DNA from: an uncultured Gemmatimonadales bacterium
GTDB taxonomy: Bacteria; Gemmatimonadota; Gemmatimonadetes; Longimicrobiales; Longimicrobiaceae
DNA length: 64,000 bases
Direction of reading: 5' to 3'
Assembly (NCBI GenBank): GCA_963716255.1
Contig: OY970303.1
Coordinates: 6,240,001-6,304,000 of the forward strand
Shown here: positions 8,631 to 18,477 of the stretch, piece by piece
Numbering within the stretch: the stretch's first letter is position 1
How the letters are laid out: every line of letters starts with the position of its first letter
Program-made: the position numbers and the translations under genes
The notes under the pieces: model-generated
Told to the model about the DNA's origin: nothing
Database searches by the model: none
Seen by the model: only the letters and a program-made list of their open reading frames with translations

Positions 8631-11600
8631 GTGGTGAATAGGAGGGCGAGGAGCGCGGCGGGAGGAGCTGCGGGAGCGGGGGGGGTCGGATTCGAGGGGC
8701 TGGTCGCCGCCTACGGGATCGTGCACATGCTCGCGGAGCGCGAAGCGCCCTCGCTCTTCGACCGCAATTCACCGATCGCCTGGATCGCCTGCCAGGCGAG
8801 TACGGCGGTGGACGATCTGCTCATTGGGTTCGCGGACGGCGGGGTCGCGTACCTGCAGCTCAAGCGCAGCGTGAGCCTGTCGCCGCGTCCTGCGAGCGGC
8901 GAGGAGGTTCCCCTGGGTTCCGCGTTCGACCAGTTCGTCCGGCAGTACCACGCCGGTGTCGAGTCACACGGCGCTCCACGGAGGGACTGGGACCTGGCCC
9001 GTGACCGCATGGTGCTGGGGGTGGGAACGGGCACGTTCAACCCGGTCAAGCGCGTTCTGGCAGGGTTGCTCCATCGGCTCCGCCCACTGCCCGAGGGGCA
9101 GCCCCTCGACGCGGCCGTTACGAACGAACCCGAAAAGGGGGCGCTGAAGATCGTGCTGGACCACGTCCGGCCGGCGTGGAGAGCTGCCGTTCAGCGGGAT
9201 CCGACCGACGCCGAGTTGCTGGAGTTTCTGCGCTTCATCTGGGTCCACGAGTTCGCTGTGGAGCCCGGTGAGGCAGGAGAAACCACCGCAGAGCACATGC
9301 TCCGAACCAGCGTGCTCCGCGACTCCGGTCAGAGTCCCAAGGCGTGGAAGGTGATCCGGTCCGACGCGCAGGAGATGGTCAGCAACCGCCGGAGCGTGGA
9401 CCGGTCCGGAGCCGAACGCGAGCTTGCGAAGCACTTCCCTCTCAAGGGCGCACCCAGCTACCACGACGACTTCCGGCGCCTGTCCGAGCATACCCGGCGC
9501 GGGGTCGATCGGCTCGCAGATTTCGCGCGCATCGAGCTGGCCGGCCGCGACGTGCACGTGGAGCGCGCCCACGTGCCTGTGGTGCGCGCCGCCGCGGAGG
9601 ATGGCCCGCTTCTGGTCGTGGGGAGGCCGGGCGCCGGGAAATCCGGTGTCCAGCACGGCTTCGTCGTCCAGGCGCAGGCCGAGAGGCGTGATCTGGTCTT
9701 CCTTGCCGCCCAAGACCACACCGCCGGAAGCCTGGCGGGTCTCCGCGCCGAGCTCTTCCTGGAGCACGACATCGTCGAGGTGCTGGCGAACTGGCCTGGT
9801 CCAGCGCCTGCCTTTCTCGTCGTCGATGCGCTCGATGCTGCGCGCGGTGAGCCGGCCGCCCGGGCGCTTCGCGACCTCATCCGCGAGGTGGGCTTGCGTG
9901 CGCCGCGCTGGCACGTGGTCGCCTCGGTGCGCGAGTTCGAACTGCGCTACGGGCAGGACCTGCGCAGGCTGTTCCGGGGAGCACCGCCGGCGAACGCTCC
10001 GGAGCCCCCGCTTCCTGATCCGTCCCTCCGTAGGGTCCGGCACATTGTGGTGGGCGACCTCTCCGCGGCGGACTTCCGGCAAGTAGCCGCCGCCGCCCCG
10101 GAGCTTCACCAGCTCGTTGAAGGGGCGCCTCCGGCCCTACGCGGCCTCCTGGCGAACCCGTTCAACTTAAACCTCGCCGCCGCACTCCTGGACAGCGGAC
10201 GTGATCCCGAGGAGATCCGCGGCATCAAGACGCAGATGGACCTGCTGGACAGCTACTGGACCGCGCGGGTTCTGGAGACGGGGAGGCCCGTACTGCGCAC
10301 CGCTCGGATCGACGTCGTTCGCCGCGCCGCCCGCGAGATGATCCGCCTCCGCTCGCTCCGGGCACCTCACTCGCAGGTGGCTGGAGCGGCGGAAAGCGAA
10401 GCCCTGCACGAGCTCCTGGGGGCACACGTGCTCTCCGAGGGGGAGCAGGGACCCGAGCAGGCCCCGGACGACACGGTGCTCGCCTTCGGACACCATCGCA
10501 TCTTCGACTTCGCCGTCGAGCGGGTGCTCCTGCGAGGTACACCCGTCGCCGATCGGCTGGCGGCGGACCCGCAGTTCGGCCTCTTCGCGCGCCCCAGCCT
10601 CGAGATGCACTTCGAGCACCTCTGGGATGCGGCGGGTCCGGGGCGTGCAGAATTTTGGGCTGAGGTGCTGGACGTCTGCGGGCGCGCCGGGCTGCGCGCC
10701 GTAGACGTTCTGGTCGGGCCGGGGGTCGCGGCGACACGTGCCAGGACGCTGGATGACGTGTCGCCGCTCGTGGAGGGCCTGGAGAGCGCCAACCCCGCTT
10801 CCCGGATGTCCGCGGAGCAGGCGCTCAGTCACACGCTTCGCACCCTCCTGCCCGGCGCGGTCGCGGGCGTCCCGCTGCTGGGCCCAGAGGCCGGCCCCTG
10901 GACCGAGCTCCTCGAGCGTACCAGTCGACGAATCACGCCTCCGGTCGCGAACACGCTGCGCGCGATGCTGAACGCCGCGGTGGACCATCGGGCCGCAGCG
11001 ACCGACGCGCAGCGGGCGGACCTCAGCACCGCGTCCCGCCGGCTGCTTGAGTTCGCGTGGGAGCTCGAGCCGCGACCGGGTTTCCTCGTTCGGGCTGGGA
11101 TTGAGGCCGTGCTCACGTTCTACACTGCGGCACCGGCTGAATCGGCTGCGCTCGTCCGGCGCGGCCTCACCGCCGAGCATGTCGCGCGCTACGGGCACGA
11201 GGAGCTGCGGTATTACGGCGACCATGTGCGCCGGCTTGCTACGGTTGATGCGGAACTCGTTCGGGATCTGTACTCCGTGGCCTTCTCCACCGAGCCACCG
11301 GAGAAGGTGAGGACCGGATGGGGCGGGAACATCATGTCGTTCTCCTCCGATGCGGCACAGGACTTCGGCTCGTCCCTGTATGTCCTGGCCCGCGCGTTCC
11401 CCGGCTTCGCTATGGCGGCCCCGGAGCACGCCACCGCCGCGCTGAGCCAGGTCGCGGAGTTCCACGGCAGGCACGCCCGCATCAACCGACCGCCGGAGGA
11501 GGGAACGTTCGAGTTCCATGGCGAGACCGCCCGTTTCCGCGCAGACTACCAAGGACTGTGGCGCGACAGGCGGAATGCGGACGAGGCGAAAAAGCTGTTC

Positions 11601-13604
11601 GGATGCCTCGCGGCCAGGCTGGCCCGCCTGGCCGGCGAGGACGGCGGGCTCGCCGTGTTCAGGCGAATCGTGGCGATGCTCGTGCGCGAGAATCGCACGG
11701 CCAGCCTGTGGAAGGTGCTGCTCGAGGTGGGAGCGAGGGCGCCCGACGTGCTGGGGCAGGAACTGAAACCGCTCCTGGTCGCACCGGTCCTGCTGGGAGG
11801 CGTCGACACGCGCACGGCCGCGGCCGGCTTCGTGGCTGCGATGGCCCCCCATCTCCCGGAGGAGGAACGGGTGGGGGTGGAGCGCGCCATCCTGTCCGTG
11901 GAGGAGCCGGACCTCTCCGCGCTCGGCCTCGCCAACGGTCGGGTGCGGGTCGCGCTTCTCGCCCGTCTGGGCTGGGATCCCGTCACGGAGGAGGCCCGCC
12001 GCCTCCTGGAGGAATGGAATGGAGGGGGCGCGGCAGCTCCGGAGCTGGACGAGGGTCTGACGATTCACTACCACACGGTCGCCGCCAGCGAGGACGAGCG
12101 CCTGGAGCGTGAGGGAGTCGCGATCGACCTCGAATCGAACCGCCGCCTTCGCGAGCTCGCCGCATCGGCAGCGGCGGTGTCGGCCGCGCTGGAGGGCCCG
12201 TTCGACATCAGCCGAGCAGCAGTCGAACGCGGGCCGGCAGCGCTCGCGGTGCTGGCTGATGCGCTGGGCGCGGCCGAAGCAGGCGGCGCCCACCCGGTCG
12301 TGGTGGACGAGGCACGAACCTCGTTTCTCACGCTGTCCGCCGATCTCGCCGAGGCCGCCACGCACCCCTGCAGCTCGGCGACCGGGCGGCTCCTGCGTGA
12401 CACCCTCCTCGAAGCGGCGCGCGACCCACGCCCGGAGCCCGAACCCGAGTCGGAGGCGGAGTTCACCGACTGGCCCATCCTGCTGAGCGGGCAGCCGCGC
12501 GGCCTCGCAGCAGCGGGGCTCACCGCTCTGTGCCGCGATCCGTCATGCGCGACCCCCGAGGTGCTGGAGGCCCTGGAGCGCCTTGCCGCGGACCCCGTCG
12601 CGCGGGTACGGGTCCGGGTGGCGAGGGGGCTCGACAGCCTCGCAGCCTCGTCTCCGGAGGTTGCGTGGAAGCTCGCAGATGCGTTCGCCCGCAACGATCC
12701 GTCAGCCGCCGTCGTGCACGCCGCGGTGGATTCGCTCGGCGCCATAGGGGCGGCCGACCCCGGTCGAGCGGCCGGGCTCGCCATCGCGGCGCACCAGCGC
12801 CTGGCGGAGCATGCGGACGCGCCGAACGCACGGTGGAAGTGCATCGAGGTACTTCGTCGACTGTACCTCCTGCAGGATGAGCCTGCCGCACGTGATTACC
12901 TGCTCGGGATCGCCGACCATCCCTCGCGGTTTGCCGACGAAGCACAGCACCTGCTCGGCGCTGCCCAGGCTACGACGCTCACCCAGGGGCCTGTCGAAGC
13001 TCAGCCTTCCCGTGTGGATACCGTCCGGCGGCGGTGCTTGGACCTGTTCGGCCGGCTCACACGGGCGACCGCCGACGAGTTCGAGCTCCGGGTCCGGGAG
13101 GATGGTCCAGAGGACGAGGATCCGGACGCACGGCGCACCCGCGCCCAATCACTGGCGGAGCTGCTGGATGGCGCGGGCCGCACGCTGTACTACGCTGCCG
13201 GTGCAGATCGTGGATCCGGTCAGCGACCCTCGAACGAGGTCCGGGAGCGGCTCTACCAGGAGGCGGGCCAGATCATCGACACGCTTGCCGGGGTGGGGCT
13301 GGCGAGCCTGGCACACCATCTGGTCGAGACGCTGGAGGTGTTCATCCCTGCGGATCCCCCTGGCGTGTTCCTCCGGGTTGCTGCCGTCGTACGGGCAGGC
13401 GAGCGAGGGGGGTACGCGCACGAGCCGCTCGCGGAGGAGGTGATCGTACGGATCGTCACGACGTATTTCGCGGACCATCCCGACGTGTTCCAGCGCGACG
13501 AGGACTGCCGTACGGCGTTGCTCGACGTTCTAGACGCCTTCGTACGCGCCGGCTGGGTCTCCGCACAGCGCATCACCTACGGACTCGGAGAGGTGTTTCG
13601 GTAA
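8631..13604 (+). CDS. large STAND/Avs-like NTPase with N-terminal PD-(D/E)xK-type nuclease and C-terminal HEAT/helical repeats
   Basis: GxGFE...AVDD...YLQLK nuclease-like motif; Walker A GRPGAGKS; Walker B LVVDALD; NPFNL motif; long helical C-terminus. Confidence 0.75.
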   Translation: MVNRRARSAAGGAAGAGGVGFEGLVAAYGIVHMLAEREAPSLFDRNSPIAWIACQASTAVDDLLIGFADGGVAYLQLKRSVSLSPRPASGEEVPLGSAFDQFVRQYHAGVESHGAPRRDWDLARDRMVLGVGTGTFNPVKRVLAGLLHRLRPLPEGQPLDAAVTNEPEKGALKIVLDHVRPAWRAAVQRDPTDAELLEFLRFIWVHEFAVEPGEAGETTAEHMLRTSVLRDSGQSPKAWKVIRSDAQEMVSNRRSVDRSGAERELAKHFPLKGAPSYHDDFRRLSEHTRRGVDRLADFARIELAGRDVHVERAHVPVVRAAAEDGPLLVVGRPGAGKSGVQHGFVVQAQAERRDLVFLAAQDHTAGSLAGLRAELFLEHDIVEVLANWPGPAPAFLVVDALDAARGEPAARALRDLIREVGLRAPRWHVVASVREFELRYGQDLRRLFRGAPPANAPEPPLPDPSLRRVRHIVVGDLSAADFRQVAAAAPELHQLVEGAPPALRGLLANPFNLNLAAALLDSGRDPEEIRGIKTQMDLLDSYWTARVLETGRPVLRTARIDVVRRAAREMIRLRSLRAPHSQVAGAAESEALHELLGAHVLSEGEQGPEQAPDDTVLAFGHHRIFDFAVERVLLRGTPVADRLAADPQFGLFARPSLEMHFEHLWDAAGPGRAEFWAEVLDVCGRAGLRAVDVLVGPGVAATRARTLDDVSPLVEGLESANPASRMSAEQALSHTLRTLLPGAVAGVPLLGPEAGPWTELLERTSRRITPPVANTLRAMLNAAVDHRAAATDAQRADLSTASRRLLEFAWELEPRPGFLVRAGIEAVLTFYTAAPAESAALVRRGLTAEHVARYGHEELRYYGDHVRRLATVDAELVRDLYSVAFSTEPPEKVRTGWGGNIMSFSSDAAQDFGSSLYVLARAFPGFAMAAPEHATAALSQVAEFHGRHARINRPPEEGTFEFHGETARFRADYQGLWRDRRNADEAKKLFGCLAARLARLAGEDGGLAVFRRIVAMLVRENRTASLWKVLLEVGARAPDVLGQELKPLLVAPVLLGGVDTRTAAAGFVAAMAPHLPEEERVGVERAILSVEEPDLSALGLANGRVRVALLARLGWDPVTEEARRLLEEWNGGGAAAPELDEGLTIHYHTVAASEDERLEREGVAIDLESNRRLRELAASAAAVSAALEGPFDISRAAVERGPAALAVLADALGAAEAGGAHPVVVDEARTSFLTLSADLAEAATHPCSSATGRLLRDTLLEAARDPRPEPEPESEAEFTDWPILLSGQPRGLAAAGLTALCRDPSCATPEVLEALERLAADPVARVRVRVARGLDSLAASSPEVAWKLADAFARNDPSAAVVHAAVDSLGAIGAADPGRAAGLAIAAHQRLAEHADAPNARWKCIEVLRRLYLLQDEPAARDYLLGIADHPSRFADEAQHLLGAAQATTLTQGPVEAQPSRVDTVRRRCLDLFGRLTRATADEFELRVREDGPEDEDPDARRTRAQSLAELLDGAGRTLYYAAGADRGSGQRPSNEVRERLYQEAGQIIDTLAGVGLASLAHHLVETLEVFIPADPPGVFLRVAAVVRAGERGGYAHEPLAEEVIVRIVTTYFADHPDVFQRDEDCRTALLDVLDAFVRAGWVSAQRITYGLGEVFR

Positions 13605-13679
13605 GGCACTGACCGCCATACCGCCCACCAGCGGAGCCTGCCATGCCTCCGCAACCTATCCGGTTCTGGGCAGTCGAGC

Positions 13680-15212
13680 ATGACCCGCCCAACTTGGCCT
13701 CCCGCGCTACCGGTGCCCTCCGCACAGATGAAACGGGTTCTGATGATCGCGAATGAGATCGACTTACTGAAGGCAAAGAAGATCTGCTGCCAGTGTGTGC
13801 GCGAGCCGTACCTCCGTGAGGAAATCCGATCCAGCGGCCGGCGGCGGAAATGCACCTATTGCGGGCACACCAGGAAGAGCTATCTCATCGGCGAGATCGC
13901 GGAACGAATCGACCTCGTCTTTGAGGAGTACTTCATCCGCACTCCCACCGAGCCGAATGCGTGGGAGTCCGCGATGCTCGCAGACGATGAATCCAACTAT
14001 TCCTGGTACCGTGAGGGTGAGCCTGTCGTAGATGCGATCATGAACGCCGCGGAGATCCCGGAGAGCGCGGCCCGCGACATTCAGGAGATCCTCGAAGCTC
14101 AGCATTCCGACTATGAGGCTGCGCATTCCGGGGAGGAGACGGAGTACGACGCCGACTCGCACTACGCGGAGCGGGGGGCGAGCGACACAGCCTGGCAGCA
14201 TGACTGGCAGCAGTTCGAGCGCATGCTCAAGGCAGAAGCCCGCTACTTCAATCGCGCCGCCGAACGTCACCTCGCGGAGGTCTTCGTCGGCATCGCCGAC
14301 ATGAAGACGCACGATGGCCGGCCGGTTGTGAGGGATGTGGGTCCCGGAACGGACATGAGCACCGTGTACCGGGCCCGCGTGTTTCAGTCGGACGACAGGC
14401 TGGAGGAAGCGCTGATGCGTCCTGACAAGCACATCGGATCACCCCCGTCGGGGGTTGCCAGGGCTGGACGGATGAATGCGCATGGCGTGTCCGTCTTCTA
14501 TGGCGCGACGGATCCGAGGGTTGCACGCGCCGAGGTTCGTCCCCCGGTCGGCAGCCAAGTTGTGGTGGCGCGATTCGAGATCCTTCGGCCGCTCCGTCTT
14601 CTCGACCTGACGGCGCTAAGCGCGGTACACCCCACCGGGAGCATCTTCGATCCAACGCTCGCTGGCCGGCTTGAGAGAGCGATGTTCTTGCGCTCGCTGA
14701 GCCAGCGCATCATCCGGCCTGTCATGCCGGATGATGAAGCCTTCGAGTACATCGCGACGCAGGCGGTCGCTGACTTCCTGGCGACGGAACTGGACGGGAT
14801 CGTCTTTCCTTCCGCGCAGGCGGGAGGGGCGGGGCTCAACGTCGTTCTGTTCCACAGGGCTGCGCGCGTCGAACCACTCGAGATCCCGGAGGGAACCGAG
14901 ATCCGTGCTCGGCTGGGCGAGTGGGATGGAGACGACTGGGAGATCAGCTACTCAGTGGTCGAAGAGGTTCCCCCGAAGGCAGACGCGGCAACAGATGGAA
15001 CGCCGCGGCTTCCGGTCCTTCCGTCGTTCGCCCCGACCGTCAATTCCTGGAACCCGGACACGCGTGAGGCGGCACTGAAAATTGTGCAGGACGACGTGAC
15101 GGTTCACATTGTGAAGGCAGTGGATTTCGAGACCGACCAGTACAAAGTCACGCGGTTCCGCTGGGAGAGGAGCGACGTCAACCTCACAAACGCAGCGGTT
15201 GACTTCTTCTGA
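13680..15212 (+). CDS. RES-domain protein with Cys-rich N-terminal domain
   Basis: YRAR...AGRMNAHGVSVFYGA...AEVRP...DGIVFPSAQ...NVVLF; CCQC and CTYC at the N-terminus; start may be 13728 or 13743. Confidence 0.85.
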   Translation: MTRPTWPPALPVPSAQMKRVLMIANEIDLLKAKKICCQCVREPYLREEIRSSGRRRKCTYCGHTRKSYLIGEIAERIDLVFEEYFIRTPTEPNAWESAMLADDESNYSWYREGEPVVDAIMNAAEIPESAARDIQEILEAQHSDYEAAHSGEETEYDADSHYAERGASDTAWQHDWQQFERMLKAEARYFNRAAERHLAEVFVGIADMKTHDGRPVVRDVGPGTDMSTVYRARVFQSDDRLEEALMRPDKHIGSPPSGVARAGRMNAHGVSVFYGATDPRVARAEVRPPVGSQVVVARFEILRPLRLLDLTALSAVHPTGSIFDPTLAGRLERAMFLRSLSQRIIRPVMPDDEAFEYIATQAVADFLATELDGIVFPSAQAGGAGLNVVLFHRAARVEPLEIPEGTEIRARLGEWDGDDWEISYSVVEEVPPKADAATDGTPRLPVLPSFAPTVNSWNPDTREAALKIVQDDVTVHIVKAVDFETDQYKVTRFRWERSDVNLTNAAVDFF

Positions 15213-15242
15213 CCGGGAGCCCCTGGCCGCTGCCGGCCGGGT

Positions 15243-17135
15243 CTAAGAAGCCCTCACATTGACGGACAGCATCTCCCGCACGTGTAGCAGCGCACACGCG
15301 ATCTCCTCTTGGAGCTCCGCAGCCAGCGCGGCACGAAGCGCCGCTCGCCGCACGAGCTTCCACGCCGGCGGGAGACAGCCCTCGGTGGCGAACCACTCTG
15401 CGGCCCAGCGGAGCTTGCGGATCGCGAAGGCAGCGGGCGTCTCCACCACCGCGTTGAGGTAAGCCGCCGTCAGGGGGAGGCGGTCCAGGTGCTGCGCCAG
15501 GAGCGAGGCCTGCCCCATGCGCCGCGCGACCGTCGTCACCCGGATCTGCACGGGACGCTCGCTCTCGCGGAGCATGGCGGCCGCCGCCTCCTCGGCGAGC
15601 GCCCGCAGTTCGTCGTCCCGGGCGCTCCAGTCCACCCGCGCCACCCGTCCGACCGGCCGGGGGCGCGGCGGGCGGTGCGCATCCAACCAGTCACGGTCGT
15701 AGCGGTACAGGTGTGAGTACGTCGCGGGCGCCCGCCCGCGCAGCGCCTGCACTCCGTCGCCCGGATGCCGGAGCCGGAGCCGCAGCCACGCCGCGCGGTG
15801 GCGGCGCGTGGTCGCCCGCACGGACTCGGCCCGGCGCGTTCCTGGGCCGACCTTTTCCCAGGTGCCCCACTCCTCCCGCCACACTCCCAGGCGCCGCGCC
15901 TGGCGCTGCAAGGTCCGCGGGTCCACGCCGAGAGTCCGCGCAGCGCCCTTCAGGCTCACCCGCGGATCCGCGACCAGCGCGCGGAGTCTCCCCTCCCAGA
16001 CCGGCCCGTACGCCAGCACCACCCGGCGAGAGCCGGCGCCCCGCGGCGGACGGTAGGTGAAGCCACACCGCTCGCAGCGGACCGTCCCTGGCACGGCCGC
16101 GCGCTGGAGCGCGGCTCGCCCCTCCCACGGCTCGCACACCGGGCTGGTGCAGGGGGCGCGCAGCTCCGGGGCGGGACCACCCCCTCCGAACCCCGGGGGC
16201 GTCCCTGCGAAGAACTCCGCGGGCGAGAGCCCCAAGAAGCGGAGGACCAGCAGGTGGTGCAGGGGGTGCTGCGCTGCGCGGGGCTTCCGCAGGAGCCGCG
16301 CGAGCCAGTCGTCCTCCCCGGTCCGGGTGGCCAGGCCGCACCCCAGCAGCGCCAGCATCCCGTCCTCATACCGGGCGAGGAAGGCTTCGCGGAGGTCGCC
16401 GATCCGCACCTGCTTGGCCGATCGCGTCCAGCCGTGCGCCTCCAGCAGCCGCCGGTACCGGAGCCGGAGCCCCTCGAGGCCCTCCGGCTCCGCAGGCGTG
16501 CTCAACAGCCACCAGGAGTCGGCCGCGAGCTGCCGGAGGAGCGTCGCCCCGGCGTCCGGGACCGGAATCGGCTGCGCGCCGGCGCGGCCGTCCCTCTCCA
16601 GGCTCCGGAACACGTTCCGCCCCTCGCCCTGGGTCCGCCGTACGGGGCTGCGCCAGAGGGGCACCTGGTGGGCCGGGCAGAGGAGGACGCCCGGGAGCTG
16701 GTGCACGCGGCGCCAGCAGGCAGCGCCGTAGGCCGCGCAGTCGGTCTCCGCGCACGCCGGGCAGAAGTGCAGGTGCGTGGGCGAGGGCACCGTGCTCGCC
16801 CGGATCCCGAGGAGATCCGGGAGGCCCACGCTCCCCCGCCAGCGGAGCCGCTCGACGGCCTCCGCGGCGCGGTGGCGCGCGACGAACCGGAGGTAGTAGG
16901 GCAGGGTCGTGTGGCCGCGGATGATCGTCTCCGCGGTGTAGCCGTGGCCCGGCGGAAGGTGCGCCAGTAGCGCCTCCAGCCGGCCGGGGAGGTCCACCAC
17001 GGCGATGCCGGTCGGGCTGCCGAAGATTGCGGCGAGGACGGCGCGGTCGTTGGCGAAGCGCATCGTGTCGCGGTAGCGCGCGATCACGCTGTAGAGCAGC
17101 TCCTCGGGCAGGAGCGCGGGGAAGAGCGCGGTCAT
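15243..17135 (-). CDS. tnsD: TnsD/TniQ-family Tn7-like target-selection protein
   Basis: FPALLPEELLYSVIARY, HTTLPYY, FCPAC...WRRVHQLPGVLLCPAH (TniQ); HPLHHLL, CxxxxC...CxxCGFTY, LYRYDRDWL, RVDWSARD (TnsD C-terminal part). Confidence 0.9.
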   Translation of the reverse strand: MTALFPALLPEELLYSVIARYRDTMRFANDRAVLAAIFGSPTGIAVVDLPGRLEALLAHLPPGHGYTAETIIRGHTTLPYYLRFVARHRAAEAVERLRWRGSVGLPDLLGIRASTVPSPTHLHFCPACAETDCAAYGAACWRRVHQLPGVLLCPAHQVPLWRSPVRRTQGEGRNVFRSLERDGRAGAQPIPVPDAGATLLRQLAADSWWLLSTPAEPEGLEGLRLRYRRLLEAHGWTRSAKQVRIGDLREAFLARYEDGMLALLGCGLATRTGEDDWLARLLRKPRAAQHPLHHLLVLRFLGLSPAEFFAGTPPGFGGGGPAPELRAPCTSPVCEPWEGRAALQRAAVPGTVRCERCGFTYRPPRGAGSRRVVLAYGPVWEGRLRALVADPRVSLKGAARTLGVDPRTLQRQARRLGVWREEWGTWEKVGPGTRRAESVRATTRRHRAAWLRLRLRHPGDGVQALRGRAPATYSHLYRYDRDWLDAHRPPRPRPVGRVARVDWSARDDELRALAEEAAAAMLRESERPVQIRVTTVARRMGQASLLAQHLDRLPLTAAYLNAVVETPAAFAIRKLRWAAEWFATEGCLPPAWKLVRRAALRAALAAELQEEIACALLHVREMLSVNVRAS

Positions 17136-18094
17136 AGCGAGCCGTCCGGCGCCTCCGCCAGCTCCTCCTGGCACAGCCCGAAGAACGCGCAGGTCCTGCA
17201 CGCGTAGCGCCGAGCCAGGGGAGCGAGTGGGAAGGCTTCCCGCGGGAGGGGCTCGTTCCGCTCTGGGTCGCGCAGGAGGGTGTGCATCGCCCGCACGCTG
17301 TCGCGGATCCGCTCGGCCGCACGGAGCAGGTCCAGCCGGGTGATCTCCTCCATCCGGTCATCTCCGCTGGCGAGGTTCACCACTCGCCCGTACCACTCTC
17401 CGTCGCGGAAGCGCAGCCCCAGCGCCTTGCGGCAGTACAGCGCGTAGATTGGGATCTGGAGCTCGACGTCGGTCTCGTCGCCCGTCTTCCAGTCGAGGAT
17501 CACCACCTGCCGGCCACGCGGGCGATACACCACGTCCGGTCCCGCGTAGACCGGCCACCCCTCGTGCACGAACGCCTCCGGGCTGTCCACTACGGTCAGC
17601 CACTCCGGGCGACACGCCTCCAAGTCACTCCAGACCGCGGTCTCCTCCAGCGCGCGGAGGCAGATCCTCGCTTTGCCGACGGCCTGCACCAACGCGGCGC
17701 CGTCGTGTCGCCCCGTGTACCAGACATCGTGCAGCATCGGGTGCCGCTTGGGATCGCGGAGGTACCGCGTCCGGTGGTGGGAGCCCAGGACCGTACGGTT
17801 GAGCGCGTCCGAGACCCGGGCCAGCATCACGTCGAAGGTGGGGCGGGGACTCCGCTGGCGCGTGGCAAGGGCGCCGTCGCGTGCACACTCGTGGATAGCA
17901 GTCCCGAGCACCATCGGGAGGGTGGTGAGGTGCTTCAGGGCGTAGGCGAGCCGCACCTCCGGGTGCGCGCCCTGCAGCCAGCCGTTGTGGCTGCCGTAGA
18001 AGCGCCAGTAGTACGCGCGGGTGCACTCGACCAGCGCCCGGTCGCGGGAGTGCGACCAGCTGAACGCGGGATGCTCAGGCGGGGTGAGCGACAT
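17132..18094 (-). CDS. PD-(D/E)xK nuclease of the Cas4/AddB/RecB-like family with 4-Cys Fe-S motif
   Basis: SWSHSR...CTRAYY, GTAIHE, GPD...ILDWKTG, QIPIYALY, CRTCAFFGLC; stop overlaps the tnsD start (ATGA). Confidence 0.85.
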   Translation of the reverse strand: MSLTPPEHPAFSWSHSRDRALVECTRAYYWRFYGSHNGWLQGAHPEVRLAYALKHLTTLPMVLGTAIHECARDGALATRQRSPRPTFDVMLARVSDALNRTVLGSHHRTRYLRDPKRHPMLHDVWYTGRHDGAALVQAVGKARICLRALEETAVWSDLEACRPEWLTVVDSPEAFVHEGWPVYAGPDVVYRPRGRQVVILDWKTGDETDVELQIPIYALYCRKALGLRFRDGEWYGRVVNLASGDDRMEEITRLDLLRAAERIRDSVRAMHTLLRDPERNEPLPREAFPLAPLARRYACRTCAFFGLCQEELAEAPDGSL

Positions 18095-18477
18095 GACTAA
18101 TCCGGGTGCGCCAGTACCGAAAGAAATACGAAAGAACGGTACGGAACCCGGATGGAAACCGCAAGGGAGGTGTCAACGGAGTGATGGAGATCCGTGTTGG
18201 GCCTCCCAGAAGGACCCGATCCAATCAGGTGACAGATCGTCGATAAGATCACGCTAGTTGTAGGAGGCCCATACATAGGCCCTAAAGCACGCCGCATGCA
18301 GAAGTGTGCTATCGCCGTGGGGGAGCTATGGTGCAGAAGTCCACAAGCAGATGTTGCGAAAATGCCTCGCCGCAAGCATTCATCGTGAAGTCCCACGCGG
18401 CCGATAAGTGGTCGCGCCTGGAGCTGAAGAGCGGTCGCTGTCCAGGTCACTCAGGTCAATTCAACGCAACGGTGCTG

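Noticed and set aside
15243..18300. CRISPR-associated transposon (Cas4-like gene plus TniQ)
   Set aside because: No CRISPR array and no cas1/2/5/6/7/8/12 genes are visible anywhere in the window.
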